DNA of 64,000 bases from NCBI RefSeq assembly GCF_000143415.4, contig NW_003314274.1:562806-626805 (forward strand), given 5' to 3'. Below are positions 23,801 to 38,272 of the stretch, in pieces. Within the stretch, counting starts at the first letter, position 1. Each line of letters begins with the position of its first letter. This stretch comes from Selaginella moellendorffii (taxonomy: Eukaryota; Plantae; Lycopodiophyta). Position numbers and translations under genes: made by a program. Under the pieces are notes generated by a model that worked only from the letters and a program-made list of their open reading frames with translations, did no database searches and had not been told where the DNA came from.

Positions 23801-26800
23801 AAGGTATATTTCTATTTGTAAAATTAAAATCATATATATTAGGCATTTATGAGTATGTTCTTTGTCTTGTAGGCCATTTACGAATGAAGGTATTTATCGT
23901 GGGATTATAGTATTGGTGGATAACTGGTGGCTTCTAAAATTGCAATCATATGTATTAGGCATTTATGAGTACTTTAATAATGAAGTGATTACAATATGAT
24001 CAACCTCTAATAACATCTGAGAATCATGCAAGTACATATGACACTTTTCAAAACCCCAAACTATTGCTAAATACTCTTTTGTCATAGAGTAACTCATATT
24101 TGCTAATTGTGATGTACAATTGATGTATACAATAGGATGATACTAACTATACGCACTCATGTTTTTCTTGCATCAACACGCCTCTAAAATCCATATTAGA
24201 AGCATCCATGCATAAGATAGGATAAAACTAACTAAACACACTCATGCTTTTTTGTATCAATACACCTCCAAGACTAATAATGAAAGTATCCACGTACAAG
24301 ATGAGTATATTTTGGATATGTTAAAATTGGAAGAGTTAGCAACTCCTTTTTAAGATCCACAAATGCCTACTCATAGTCCTTAGATAAAATGATAAATAAT
24401 ATGAACAACATTAACAACATTTGCAATACTGTATAATTACAAATAGCAGCAACCTCTATTCGAATAGGATTATCTTGAACACAAGTAGTAACACTGTTAA
24501 CCTCCATCAAAATAGAATCATCTTTTACAAGAAGTGGAGTTAAAACATATGCAATCATAAATGGGAGAGGCAATATTTCATATTATTATGCAAGTTGAAG
24601 AGCATCATCAAGGATGGATAGGGCAAGTGCATGCATAAGTCCTTGATATGCATGCAAGGATCATATGCATAATCCTTGCACAATGATGAAGTGTTAGCCA
24701 TAACATATATAATTTGATCTACTTTGACATTTTTTGGCCTTGTGTAGAGTAAAAGACTCTAGAAGTGAGTATTATAAATTATTTATTTGAGACTTAATTT
24801 GGTCCATCCATTCTTGTATGGCCTAAACCCTAATAATTAATAAATACTAAATTACATAATTGACTTATATAGCCTATGATGAAAATTATGCAATTATTAA
24901 AAGATATTGTCATAGTTGTTAGCATATCCAAATGTGCACTTGATGATGTTTAGGAAATGGCTTCAATTTGCAAGAGTGGTTACACTCAAATAATTGTACT
25001 ATTGAAACACCATCCCTTGGAAATATATAAAGAACTTGTGTAAATGTTAGATATCATCCCAAAAATAATAGGTAACAAGTACTATAAATAATACACATCA
25101 TCCCTAAAATTCCCATAGAGGAAATTTGATTAGACACAAGGATTGGCAACAAAAGAAAAAAGAGTTGCACCACACACTATGAACACCATTATGAATTGAA
25201 ATTGCATCAATTGCTATGTTATTTTGCCAAAAGATGAACAAAAAGAAAATGAAAAAAAAAGAGAAGAAATGAAAAAGCTATAGGAATAAGAAAAACGACA
25301 ATGTAAAAGTTAGACCTAAATAAAAAGTATAAATTTAAACACACTTTAAAGATAATTAGAGTTGCCCCTCATCTCACTAATCCACTAATGTGAGTGTATG
25401 GAAAACAAAAATATGCATATATAATTAACCTAAAAAACATAGCTTAAATACAGGAGCAAGTGGTTTGGATTGAAATTAATTTGATGGTTATCAAAATCCC
25501 ATTATATTAATACTAATATATAACACTGTAACCATACACTTGAATTCACAATAACAATTTTTGGTTTGAATAAAATCTAAATAAAGTTTGTATATTAAAT
25601 AATGTCAATATATAATTGAGTTTTGCTTTTTTTTTTACACCTAGCTTTAAAGAAATAGTAGTTTCAATTTCAAAAGCAATACTAGTGGAAAGTAATTATT
25701 GTGGAAGATATAATAGTTTCAAAAATAAAATTGTTTCCATTTACAACTTTTATCTATGAAAACTAGAATAAGTTAGAGCTAAAGAATTATAAATTTTATG
25801 AGCCCTTTTGTAGTGGGGAAAATGTGATTGGCTGTTTTGAATCAAGGATTTCTTAATTGATGAGTTGAGTGATAATTAATTCATGAGATGATTTACCTTG
25901 ATAATTAATAATTTATACCTTAGTTAACTTAATAAATATTGATTTTTATTAAAGAGAAAATACTTAAAAGAAACAAGAGCAAAATATATCAATTAGTTTC
26001 AGGAGTCTTCTCTGCTTTTTTTCTTTTTAATGATAATATGGCTTTATACATTACTTGCCTTAAATTTTTTCATAGTTTTAACCATTGGAAATGCTTGGCA
26101 CTATAAAATAATATGTATTTCTTTATGATCTATATATGAACTTGAAAAAGAGTTTGTGTTTCATATTTTTAACATATGAGCAATTTTAAGTGACTCAAAG
26201 TGTAACGTGCTTACCATTAGAATGATGCTTCTGTTAATATGATTTTAATTAAAATAATTTTATTGAAAGCAAACAAGTAAAAGATCTAAGTGCTTCAACA
26301 ACAAGCCCAAGATTTGAATTCTAGGCATGTGGGACATTAGTGTTGTGTTAAAGAAAGGAGTTAGGCAAGTTAGTGCTTTAGATTTAGTGCTAAACACATA
26401 AAAATAAATTAGTAATTTATTCATTCATTCATTAACTATTTACACCCACCAAAAGCATTAGTAAACTATTTTTATGATCTTGTGAGTCATTTGTTCACTG
26501 AGCTCCTCCAGGTCTTCTACCACCAAGCCTTTTCCCTGCCTTTGGATTCATCAACCTGCCTATTGCCCCTTCAAATGCATCTTGGGTTGGAACCTCAACA
26601 TGATCCTCATCTAGCCATCAGTGTTTGCAATGAGAAGTTTTATCACCCTTGTTCACTTCTAACTCAACTGCGCTGTGATTGCGAGCATGGTGTCAATAAC
26701 TAAGGATTGACACTTGATCTCTATTTCTTGTAGAAATTCACAAATATCCTTGACCCAATATTTGCTTGCAAGAATTATATGTAGATCTAGACCTCAAGGG

Positions 26801-29200
26801 ACCTGTAGTGGAGCATAGGTTTAACACATATTAACCATATGCTCTACATCTTCAACTTCTTTGTAACATATAGGGCAGAGGCAGATATCATGCGGCAATG
26901 GTGGTCTCAAATGACATCTAAGTTTTATTATCAATCTATGACACCCTGGTTTTTAGCTGGCCAAGATTCTCCAATTGCAGAGGTTGAAATTGTTATAGAT
27001 TGTGAAACCAAATTGGCACCTTGAGTTGATGGTGCTTCATATAAATTCCAAAAAGGACACTATTGTTCATACATTGCCACAAGGTATTCCATAACATGTA
27101 ATTGAATATGATTTGTTTTTGAAAATGGTGATATGGGATTTAAAATTAGAAAGATGAAATGGATAGAACTCAAATATCAATTATAGAATATAAAAAATTA
27201 AATATTAATTAGACAACTTTGTTTAACGTTTTATGCTCCAAAGGGCCAATGTTGGGAACAATGAGGCTCTCTTATGGAATTCTATACTCTCATGTCTTAA
27301 AATGGATAGTTGATAATTATGGAACATATTATGCATAACTATATGCTATATGCATGAGATTACCTAATAGGAAAAATGTCTTCTTAATGGTAAATATTTT
27401 TTTATTTTTCCTATGCCTCACAATAGGAAAATTTTCTTAATCTTTTTCGCCAGGAAAAATTTAACCATTGGGAAACTTTAACTCCCCATCTTTAACATTG
27501 GTTACCTCTAGGAATTTTTATGGGGTGATATATGTTATTTATGAATTTTGTTGGAGGTAAAACTTTTGGTGTATCAATGTAAGCTTGGATTGTGCTTAAA
27601 ATTAATCTCAAGTTGACATTTTTTTCTAGAGGAGAGAAATTTTATTTCTTACTTCTCTTCTTTTGAGGTTGTCTAGAGTGCAATTGATTTTAGCATAATG
27701 ATTATCTCATGATGATCTAGGATAGACAAATTGGAAGGGAAGAAAGTAAGTTACTTGTATATTAAGGATTTTCTTAAAAATTTCACTACAATATCTAAAA
27801 TGTGTGAAGATTTCAAGAGAAGCCTAAGATACTTGGCATTCAATTCAACAATCCACTTTCCTGAATGCATTGTCAAAGGGTCAAGGCACAACAAGAAAAA
27901 TAATATTAACTGCAAACAATATCTAGGATTTATTTAAGCCCATCACTAAAGGGCTCATTTCCAATCTTAGATTAAAGGAACCAACATCAAACTCGCAAAG
28001 GCAATTAGAATTATTATATCTATATGAGAACATGTTTCCTACTTTATTTTTAGTTTCTCTTACCTCTTACAATATGTTTGATGTATAGAAAATGCCCCCA
28101 TAGCCTTAAGGTGACTTGGCATTCATGAAAAAAATTTATATTGAAGTCTACTAAGAAGTGACTTAGAGAGTTAGTCAATAAGGAAAACATACAATAGAGC
28201 CGTAACAAAAGTACTAAATTGGAATTGAGCAACTTTTTTATCATGCTCATGGTTGACAAATTTGCTGAAGTTATGTAGCACACTTGCAATGAATCTGGCA
28301 TCTTGACATTAAATCCATGTGTCACAATTGACTTTGCTACTGCTTTAAGTAAATGCTAACCTTCAAGAGTATTGAGAGGTTGAAAGTAGAGAAGCTAAAG
28401 AGTTGGTTATATAGGAAAGGATCACATTATGACTCTTATAGATACCATCAGCTAGATGAACATCATTAATGTGCAGAACAGTAAGAGGTTAACACAAGTG
28501 GCTCTTGATTAAGTCCTTCCTAAAAGCTATGAACATTGCCTTTGGCCATGTTTAAACAAGAATCCAATGGCATCTGAAGAGTGTCTACTAGAGCCACATG
28601 TATTAGCTAGCACCTTTCTAAGAGATTCATGACCATTCTAAGTGGAAGAATTATTAAGAATCTGATGGGAAATTTCTCATTAGGATCTCCTATTAGGAAG
28701 TCCAGACTAGAGGGGGAATATTCTTATTGAAGTTTCCATATTATTAGAGAAGTCATGTTACAGAATTAGAATAGAGCCATTAGAAAAAATCTGACATGAA
28801 ATTTCTCATTGGGATTTTCTATTTAGGAAGTCCAAACCAGAATATGGTTATTGAGGCATTACAAATTTATAATCCACTATCGCAAACCAGTATTTCATAA
28901 TGAGGAATATTCCTATGAGGAACTCTACTAGTCCACTACTACACAGCTGGAAAACTATACATATGTCAAGGATATGCCATTCACATTTGCAAGAGGGGAA
29001 TAAATATAAATTCTACCAAATCTATATTCATTGTTAGTGATCATGCCAAAGCTAAAATTGTGATTTGACTTCATTTGGAAAATTTCATATGAACGTGCAA
29101 ACATAACGTGTTGCTTCTTTGCAAACATGATACCTTCCACGAGCTAGCAAATAAAATAATTGGTTACATGTTTGTTAACTAAGAAGCAAGATTAGCCTTG
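20830..29200. other. AT-rich, CpG-poor block of decayed repeat/TE-derived DNA; no credible intact gene
   Basis: Sharp compositional change, only short ORFs, and local duplications at ~24134-24303 and ~28665-28840. Confidence 0.55.
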
Positions 29201-29259
29201 GTTTCTATGGTTTCCTCGAGGAGTTGTGAGATAAATTCTTGCTGACTTGGTCCACATGC

Positions 29260-30801
29260 TTACATTGCTGTCTTCCTTCCAACAATATCGTGGAAGTCAG
29301 ATTCTGGGATGTACTCTTTAAACTTGTATCTGCGGGACGAGGCCAAGAAGAAGAGCCAGTTTGCGATGCCCAGCGCGACGAGCAGCCAAAAGAAGTAATC
29401 CAAATGCCCATTGTTGAGATCTCGCGGGATCCATCCTTGCTCTCCAGTGATGCTCGACGTGACGCTCACGAGAAATCCGGAAAGAAAACTCCCCACCGAC
29501 GCTGAGAAGAACGCCATGGCCGCGCTCAGAGTTCTCAAGTTCTCGGGAGCTTGGTCATAGAGAAACTCGATCAATCCCACGTAGTAGAAAACCTTGGAGC
29601 CGCCGACAAGCGCGAACTGGGGGATTTGCCACAAAACGTTAATCTGGTTGCGCTCGTCGTGGAAATTCGCGAGACGTCTTGTTTCCAGCACAGCAGCGCA
29701 CGCCATAGCCCCGGTCATCACCACAAGCCCTGCTCCCATCCTCTGGAAGAACGTAAAACCGCGCGAGTGTCCTGTAGCTCGACGCATCACCGGGACCAGG
29801 ACTCGATCGTAGACGACCATCCACACCAAAACGCTGATTGGATCGAACGAGTTGAGCGATGCCGGCGGGACGCGAAAGCCGCCAACTTTTATGTCCATGA
29901 GCGCGGCCTGCTCGACGAAGAGCGAGAAAGTTTGCGCTCGCATTGCCTCGTACACCATCGATCCGAGCCACACCAGGAGAATTCCCTCCAAGTCGGAGTG
30001 ATCACCCTTGTTAGATCCACGCTGCAAGAGCCTCGCGAATGGGTTTCCTGTCAAGTTGGAAGCATATCGGTAGAACTTGGTGCCGCTCGAAAAAACCATG
30101 ATCCCGAAAAGAATCGCGGCCGTGCAAAAGAAGAGAGCGCTGCTAAAACCCAGCCGGTCTTCTATATACACCACACCCACCACTGCTAGGAGAAGACCCA
30201 TGGAGGAGCTAAAGTAGTACCAGTTGAAGTACGAGCTCTTCCTCGCGGCCTCGACTGGATCTTTCCCATCAAATTGGTCGGCCCCAAATGCCAGTAACGG
30301 AGCTACAAATCCTTTCCCCAGAGCAATCACGTAGAGAGCCACGAAGAACAGCCAAGTTGCGTGAACTTCCTTCTCGACGAGCAGGACCGAGAGCGAGAGC
30401 AAAGCCAATCCGAAGCAATAGATCAAAGAACTGGCCAGTGTTGCCTTGAATCTTCCCAGGTGAGAGTCGGAGATGTAAGCGACGAGAAGCGGGGACAAGT
30501 CGTGGACGCCATTCCAGATGCTAACTTGGGTGGCGGCCGCCGCGTTGGAGAGGCCGAGCTTGGAGACCATGAAGAGAATCAAATTGTACGAGACGCCATA
30601 GAGCGAAAGCGAGCAGCAGAGCATGAAAACGAGCAAGGCCGACGCAGTGGAGAGGCGAGAACCCCCTGTTTTGGAAGCCACCGCTGGAGATCCATAGAAA
30701 TCCAAGCTCCCGTCCTGGACGAGCTTCTCCTCTTGTTCGTCCGGGAGTAGTAGAGGATCTCTGAGAGACTTCTCTTCGTCTTTGTCGCCATGGGGAGCCA
30801 T
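29260..30801 (-). CDS. NPF/PTR (POT family) transporter, intronless, 513 aa
   Basis: Same motifs as 19159-20628 and near-identical sequence; slightly longer loop and C-terminus. Confidence 0.93.
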   Translation of the reverse strand: MAPHGDKDEEKSLRDPLLLPDEQEEKLVQDGSLDFYGSPAVASKTGGSRLSTASALLVFMLCCSLSLYGVSYNLILFMVSKLGLSNAAAATQVSIWNGVHDLSPLLVAYISDSHLGRFKATLASSLIYCFGLALLSLSVLLVEKEVHATWLFFVALYVIALGKGFVAPLLAFGADQFDGKDPVEAARKSSYFNWYYFSSSMGLLLAVVGVVYIEDRLGFSSALFFCTAAILFGIMVFSSGTKFYRYASNLTGNPFARLLQRGSNKGDHSDLEGILLVWLGSMVYEAMRAQTFSLFVEQAALMDIKVGGFRVPPASLNSFDPISVLVWMVVYDRVLVPVMRRATGHSRGFTFFQRMGAGLVVMTGAMACAAVLETRRLANFHDERNQINVLWQIPQFALVGGSKVFYYVGLIEFLYDQAPENLRTLSAAMAFFSASVGSFLSGFLVSVTSSITGEQGWIPRDLNNGHLDYFFWLLVALGIANWLFFLASSRRYKFKEYIPESDFHDIVGRKTAM

Positions 30802-31112
30802 GGACGACTGATGGAGCCCTTGGAAGATCTGCGCTACTTACTTTGATTGCAAGGCTTTGCTGGAGACAATCCTCCTCACAACGCTTTAATCAATATCTTG
30901 GATTATCCCGCCAAAGGATTTGTATCGTCTTGTCTGAAAGGCCCCGTTGGGCCCTACCATTGTGCAATAATTTCTTTTGATCACTCAATTCTTGCAAACA
31001 TTCTCATCTCTGATCTTGCTCGTTTTATGCTTTGTTACAACAAGAAAATTTATTCGCATCCTTCTAAAAGAATCTTTCCAAGGGGATTCGTAAATTTACA
31101 AGATGGGGTGAC

Positions 31113-33605
31113 TTACTCGGAGCTGGACTCGTAGAAATCACTTGGAGAGGGAGAGAGCATCATCTCAGATTCTAGCATCTTGACAACGTTGTCCATGGTC
31201 GGGCGATCGTCTGGAAGTGGAGCTATACACATTGCCGCGATTTGGAGGACGCACTCCATGCTCTCTCGCGAGCCACCCTCGCATTTGCTATCAAATACCT
31301 CCTTTTGCTTGTTCTCCTTGATGAGCGCGTTCACCCATCCCACAACGTTGAGCCCCTTAGCCACGAATCCGGGGTCTGTGGGTCTCTTGCCACTGAGCAG
31401 CTCCAAAAGCACCACTCCAAAGCTGTAAACATCGCTCTTCTCGGTCACTCGTCCACTTTGCATGTACTCTAGAATGGAAAACAAGCGTTAGAACTTAAGC
31501 GCGAGTTCTTCGTTTTCTTGAGTTACCTGGTGCGAGGTAGCCAAAAGTTCCTGCGACGATCGTTGTCATGTGAGACTGGTTCTCGTTGAGGAGCTTGGCG
31601 AGGCCGAAGTCCGAGACGTGCGGCTCGAAGTTGGAGTCGAGAAGGATGTTGCTCGATTTGATGTCTCGATGGACGATCCGGGGAGAGCAGTCGTGGTGCA
31701 AGTATGATATGCCTCTCGCGGATCCAATCGCGGCTTTCATCCGGTGGTTCCAGTTTAAGGATGGCTTGTGTGGCTCTCGTTCTGCAAGGAAAAGGAGATT
31801 AGCACTTGCTACTGCTCTCAAAGAATGATTACCATGTAGGAGATCGTCCAAGCTTCCGTGTGATAAGAAGTCGTAGATGAGCAGCCTCGCGGAGCCGGAA
31901 TTACAGTATCCTCTCAAGTTGACGAGGTTCCTGTGCTTGATGCTTCCCAGGATTTCTAGCTCTCTTTCGAACAAGCGCTCGGAGCCGAATCCACCTTTCG
32001 CAATCCTCTTCACAGCAAACATATTGCCGTCGTCCATCACAAGCTTGTATACCGTTCCAAATCCTCCACAACCGATAATGTCGTTCTCTCCCAGCAAGTT
32101 GATCTTCTTTACGATGTCTGCCGAGGTGTAAGGAAGATCTCCATGAAACAGCACGAGCTTGGCACCTGTTTAGACAAAAAGTGCTTTAGACTTCTTTCTA
32201 AGAAAAAATATGGGACTCACTTGAGGCTGACGTTACTTGAGCAAGGTGCTGTTTACTTCCAAACTTGTTGTAGAGAAAAACTCCCCAGAAACACAGGAGA
32301 ACGAGGAACAACGAGATTGCCACCGTTCCAAGGGCGCTTATCCATAGTCCATTTGAGTAATTGGCGGTTTTCCTTCGAGGAGTAGCCACTACAGTTTGGA
32401 TGCAATAAAAATCAGTAAGAAACGACTGGCACGTCAAAAGCTCACCACCATCGCCAGGAGTTAGAGCTGGCGCGAGAAAACTCCGGCAACTTGTGTTGAC
32501 TTGAGCACCGCATAATCCCAAGTTGTCAAGAAATCTGTTGCACGAAACAATTAGTGCGTCGAAGCTGCAACACTCCGAAAACTTACGAGTGCTGCGAGAA
32601 ATTAGAGAGCACTCCGTTACTAGGAATCTCCCCGATAAGTGCGTTTGTGGACACGTTTCTGCGACAAACGTATTAACTCATGAAAAACAAGTTGAAGAAA
32701 CTCACAAGAAGACAAGTTGCTTTAGATCACCGAGAACGTCAGGCACTGATCCAGTCAGAGAGTTGCTCGAAACATCCCTACAAATGAGAATCCAACTCGT
32801 ATCAACATTAAACAGGCTGCAAACTCGATTAGCTTACAGAATTCGTAGACTTGCGAGCCTTCCAAACTCCTTGGGGATTGTTCCACCGAGGTAATTGTTC
32901 TTCAAGTATCTACCCGAGGCCGTAAAACATGGACAAGAGACTTGGTAAAAACAATGGATGGAGAAAGCAAAAGGAAGAACTTACAAGGCTCTTAACCGTG
33001 TACAATTACCAAGCTCGGAAGGAATGGTACCATAGAAACTGTTGTGGTGAAGAGCTCTAGAAAACATCAGCAGTTAGTCCTACATTCTCTTCTTTGGAGA
33101 ATAGAACTCACAGTCGAGCTAGTCTGTCGAGTTTCCCAAGCTCCGGAGAGATGGTTCCAACAAGTCGCCGGTATGGAAGGTTTCTACCTCGAAAGAAAAA
33201 AATTAACAAAAGAAAGAACTTGAAGAGAGAATCACTCACAGGCTCTTGACCTTGGTGGTTTGAGGATGGCACGAAACTCCAGTCCATCGGCAAGGGTGTG
33301 AATCGCTCTCAATCCAGTCGAGCAGCAGCGCGCCCGCCGAATCGTTGAGGCTCGCCTTGAACGCTAGCAATGCCTGCCCTGCGAATCATCCACGATCATC
33401 GATGGCGCTATGGCCTGTGAACCGATACTCTCATCATACCGTCAGGCGAAAGAGCTCCCACGGCACTGGAATGGATCCACAGCGCGGTGAAAAGCGCCGC
33501 CAAGACGCGCGATATTACCCTATCTTCTATCTGCCCAAATGGGAGTCATGGTGATGCTAGAGTAGAAATGCTAGAAGGTCTCACCAAAATCTCTCTGCGA
33601 GTCAT
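31113..33605 (-). CDS. LRR receptor-like kinase, FEI1/FEI2-like (LRR-XIII), multi-exon
   Basis: Signal region ...VGALSPDG; few LRRs in short exons; [16 protein letters not shown]; [26 protein letters not shown]; HRDIKSSN; DFGLAKLL; [18 protein letters not shown]; C-terminal [12 protein letters not shown]. The ATG at 33605 assumes a 21-nt first exon. Confidence 0.88.
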
Positions 33606-34599
33606 GGCGATTGCGAGGCAATGCGCATTCTAGACGATCAAAGAATAGACGATCGCTCCAGCTATTCTGCAAACAAAGAATCAATCGATCGGTTCAATGC
33701 GCGAAAGAAGAAGAAATCGAAGCGAAGGAAAGTGAAATGGTCGAATTGACGCTGCGATGCGATACGATGCGCGAGCTCCTGGTAAATCGCGCAGCTTTTT
33801 TACTACTCCGGCGCAACAAAATCGATCGAGACAGAGGGTTTGAAAAAGTAAATGCGAGGTAAAAAGGAGGAGATCATTGGGAGAGATTATTCTAAGAATA
33901 ATCTCGCAAAGTCGGTCGAAAGGGAGAAATAGATACGTTGGGCAACGACAACGAGAGAAGCTCCCAATCTCATATATTTTTACCTCGCCTTATTACGCAT
34001 AGTTAACACCGTGGACATGACGTGGAACGGACAACAGTCTTCGGACACGGTGGCGTGCTGTGAGTGGAGGAAAAATTCCACTAACGGGGAGAGGTTTCAG
34101 GCTCGATTCCAGGCATCAATTTAGACAGCTAAAACACGTGCCCAATCACGTGCCGTCCACGTGTACCCATCCTCGCCGCTGGGGTTGCATTTCTTGCGTG
34201 CTTTAGAAATTTTGGAGCGCGCGTCCTCGATCCAGCAGCTCGTTCTGCCGCCCCGCCACATTTCATCGCACCGCAGCGCATCGATCGGGAGGCTTCTCTC
34301 GATCGAGAGCATTTCTAGGGATTGCTTCAAGTTTTCGTGTTCCGGAAGGATCGTGTTCTAAGCTCGCGCAGCTTCCTGGGGGCTTCCTCCAAGACGGCGT
34401 GCGGCATCACCGCCTACATTCCGCGTCATCGGTGGATGAGCCGCCCTGAGCAATCGGCGGGTGGAAGGTCAACGAGATTGTTTCGTTAGCGGGAGGGATC
34501 CCTCTCTTTTATTGCTGGATCGTTTTGGAATCAGGGTAGCCGTGGAGAAGATCCATCCATCGTTTGGAAAAAGACAGGTATCGGGCTTTGATCGGGAAC

Positions 34600-36760
<2,161 letters not shown>

Positions 36761-36990
36761 CAGTAAGGTCAGGAAGAATCCTTTCCTTGGCCGCATTCTT
36801 TTTGGGTGGTGTATAGACTGAGGGACAGGCCCACGCTACTCACAGCAGCAGCAAAGCTGGTGTACAAATCAAAGGTTTTTAGTTTTTTGTCAAATTGTAC
36901 AGAGAACGGGGACCATTTTTCCCATGTAAAACTTTCGCTGGTTACAAAGAGAAACAGTGGAACAAGAAAAATAAAGCCGAGTTTTTCTTG

Positions 36991-38040
36991 TCATGGTTTT
37001 ACTTGCTCTCGGATAAAAGTTTGGACCTCGCCAACCTTGCCGGTGATCACGGAAGTTTCGACCATGGTAACTTTGTTAACGCAGTGAGAGAACTTGAATG
37101 GCTCGCCATCGATGCCCGGCTTGATTTCGGCCGCAACGTCGGAGCCTTCGAGTGTTGTCCGGGTTACTCGCAGCTTGTCCCTGGAATTTGGGAAACGAAG
37201 AGCTTCTAAGATAACTTGACTTGGAATGAAGTTTAAGAACGTACAGCTCCTTTTCCAATTGCTTCCGGATGAAATCGACCGAGTGAGCCGTGACTTTGTC
37301 ACACTTGTTGCACACAATCAGCACCGGGAGTTTTCGCTTCACAACCAGTGGCTTGGAAAGTACCTCGTAGAGATATCTACACGAGAAAAAGGAGAAGTTT
37401 TTATCGACTAGGAGTGTGTCACAAGTTACTTACTCGGCAGTGGATCGGACATTTGGAACAAAGTCTAGAGCGTCAACCATGAAGAGAATACCTTGAGCTT
37501 TTGGAAGATAGTCATCAAGAAGCGGCCTTAGCTTAGGATGTCCCGGCAGATCAACAACGTGAACTGGTTTGATCTTTCCACTCTGAAAAGGAAAGTAGAG
37601 AAGAAGGAAAGCTTAGGTTTTGCAAGTTCTCGCTAGAATTTCTACCTTGGAAATCTCTGAGTGGAGAAGGAAAGTGTCTTCGTTTGGCACCATTGATGTA
37701 ACAGTTCCTTCGTAGAGCGATGCATCACGAAGCTGTGAAAACCACCAGAACAAAGTCTATAATCTTCTAGAAAAAAGTTTCGAAGGAGAATTTACCTGGT
37801 AGAAGAGCGCAGTCTTTCCAGATCCACTAAGCCCCAGAATCACGATCGTGTTGCGCTTCTTCCGCCTGAGCGACGCCACCAGCACTGATCAAACCGAGTA
37901 AAGAGTTCTTTCGAGTTCACAAAAGAATGGCAAGATCGCAGCATACCCGAGACAAGAAGCAAGAGTGTGACAAGAAACACCGCCGCAGTAGTGTAGAGTG
38001 CCGTGTCCGCAGAGAAACGCCGCAGCTCCACCTGCGCCAT
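36991..38040 (-). CDS. Signal recognition particle receptor beta subunit, multi-exon
   Basis: N-terminal TM anchor; ILGLSGSGKTALFYQL; VHVVDLPGHPKLR; GILFMVDA; PVLIVCNKCDK; FIRKQLEKE; GEPFKFSHCVNKV. Start codon less certain. Confidence 0.88.
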
Positions 38041-38272
38041 AGCTGGAGGGAGAAAGAAAACCCTAGTCTATCCGACGTGGCCGAGACAGGAATATGCTAA
38101 AACGCCATTTGGAATATTCTCTGTATTCAAAGTCTCCTTCCAGCTTGGTGTCCCATTTTGTTGATATAGTCCATCTCGTTGATATAGTCCCACATAGTAC
38201 ACGTCTTTCCCTTGAAATTGGATGTATAAATCCAGAAGCAAATCTTGCTTGCATCTTGTATGATTCACTATC

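Noticed and set aside
26482-27070. Slightly GC-richer patch that might be a captured gene fragment
   Set aside because: Short broken ORFs with no recognisable motif.
28934-28943. CACTACTACA, a possible CACTA terminus
   Set aside because: No matching inverted terminus or 3-bp TSD found in the window.
29551-30189. Long antisense ORFs over the NPF copies (also 7434-8135 and 19753-20388)
   Set aside because: Codon-symmetric shadows of the same duplicated coding sequence.
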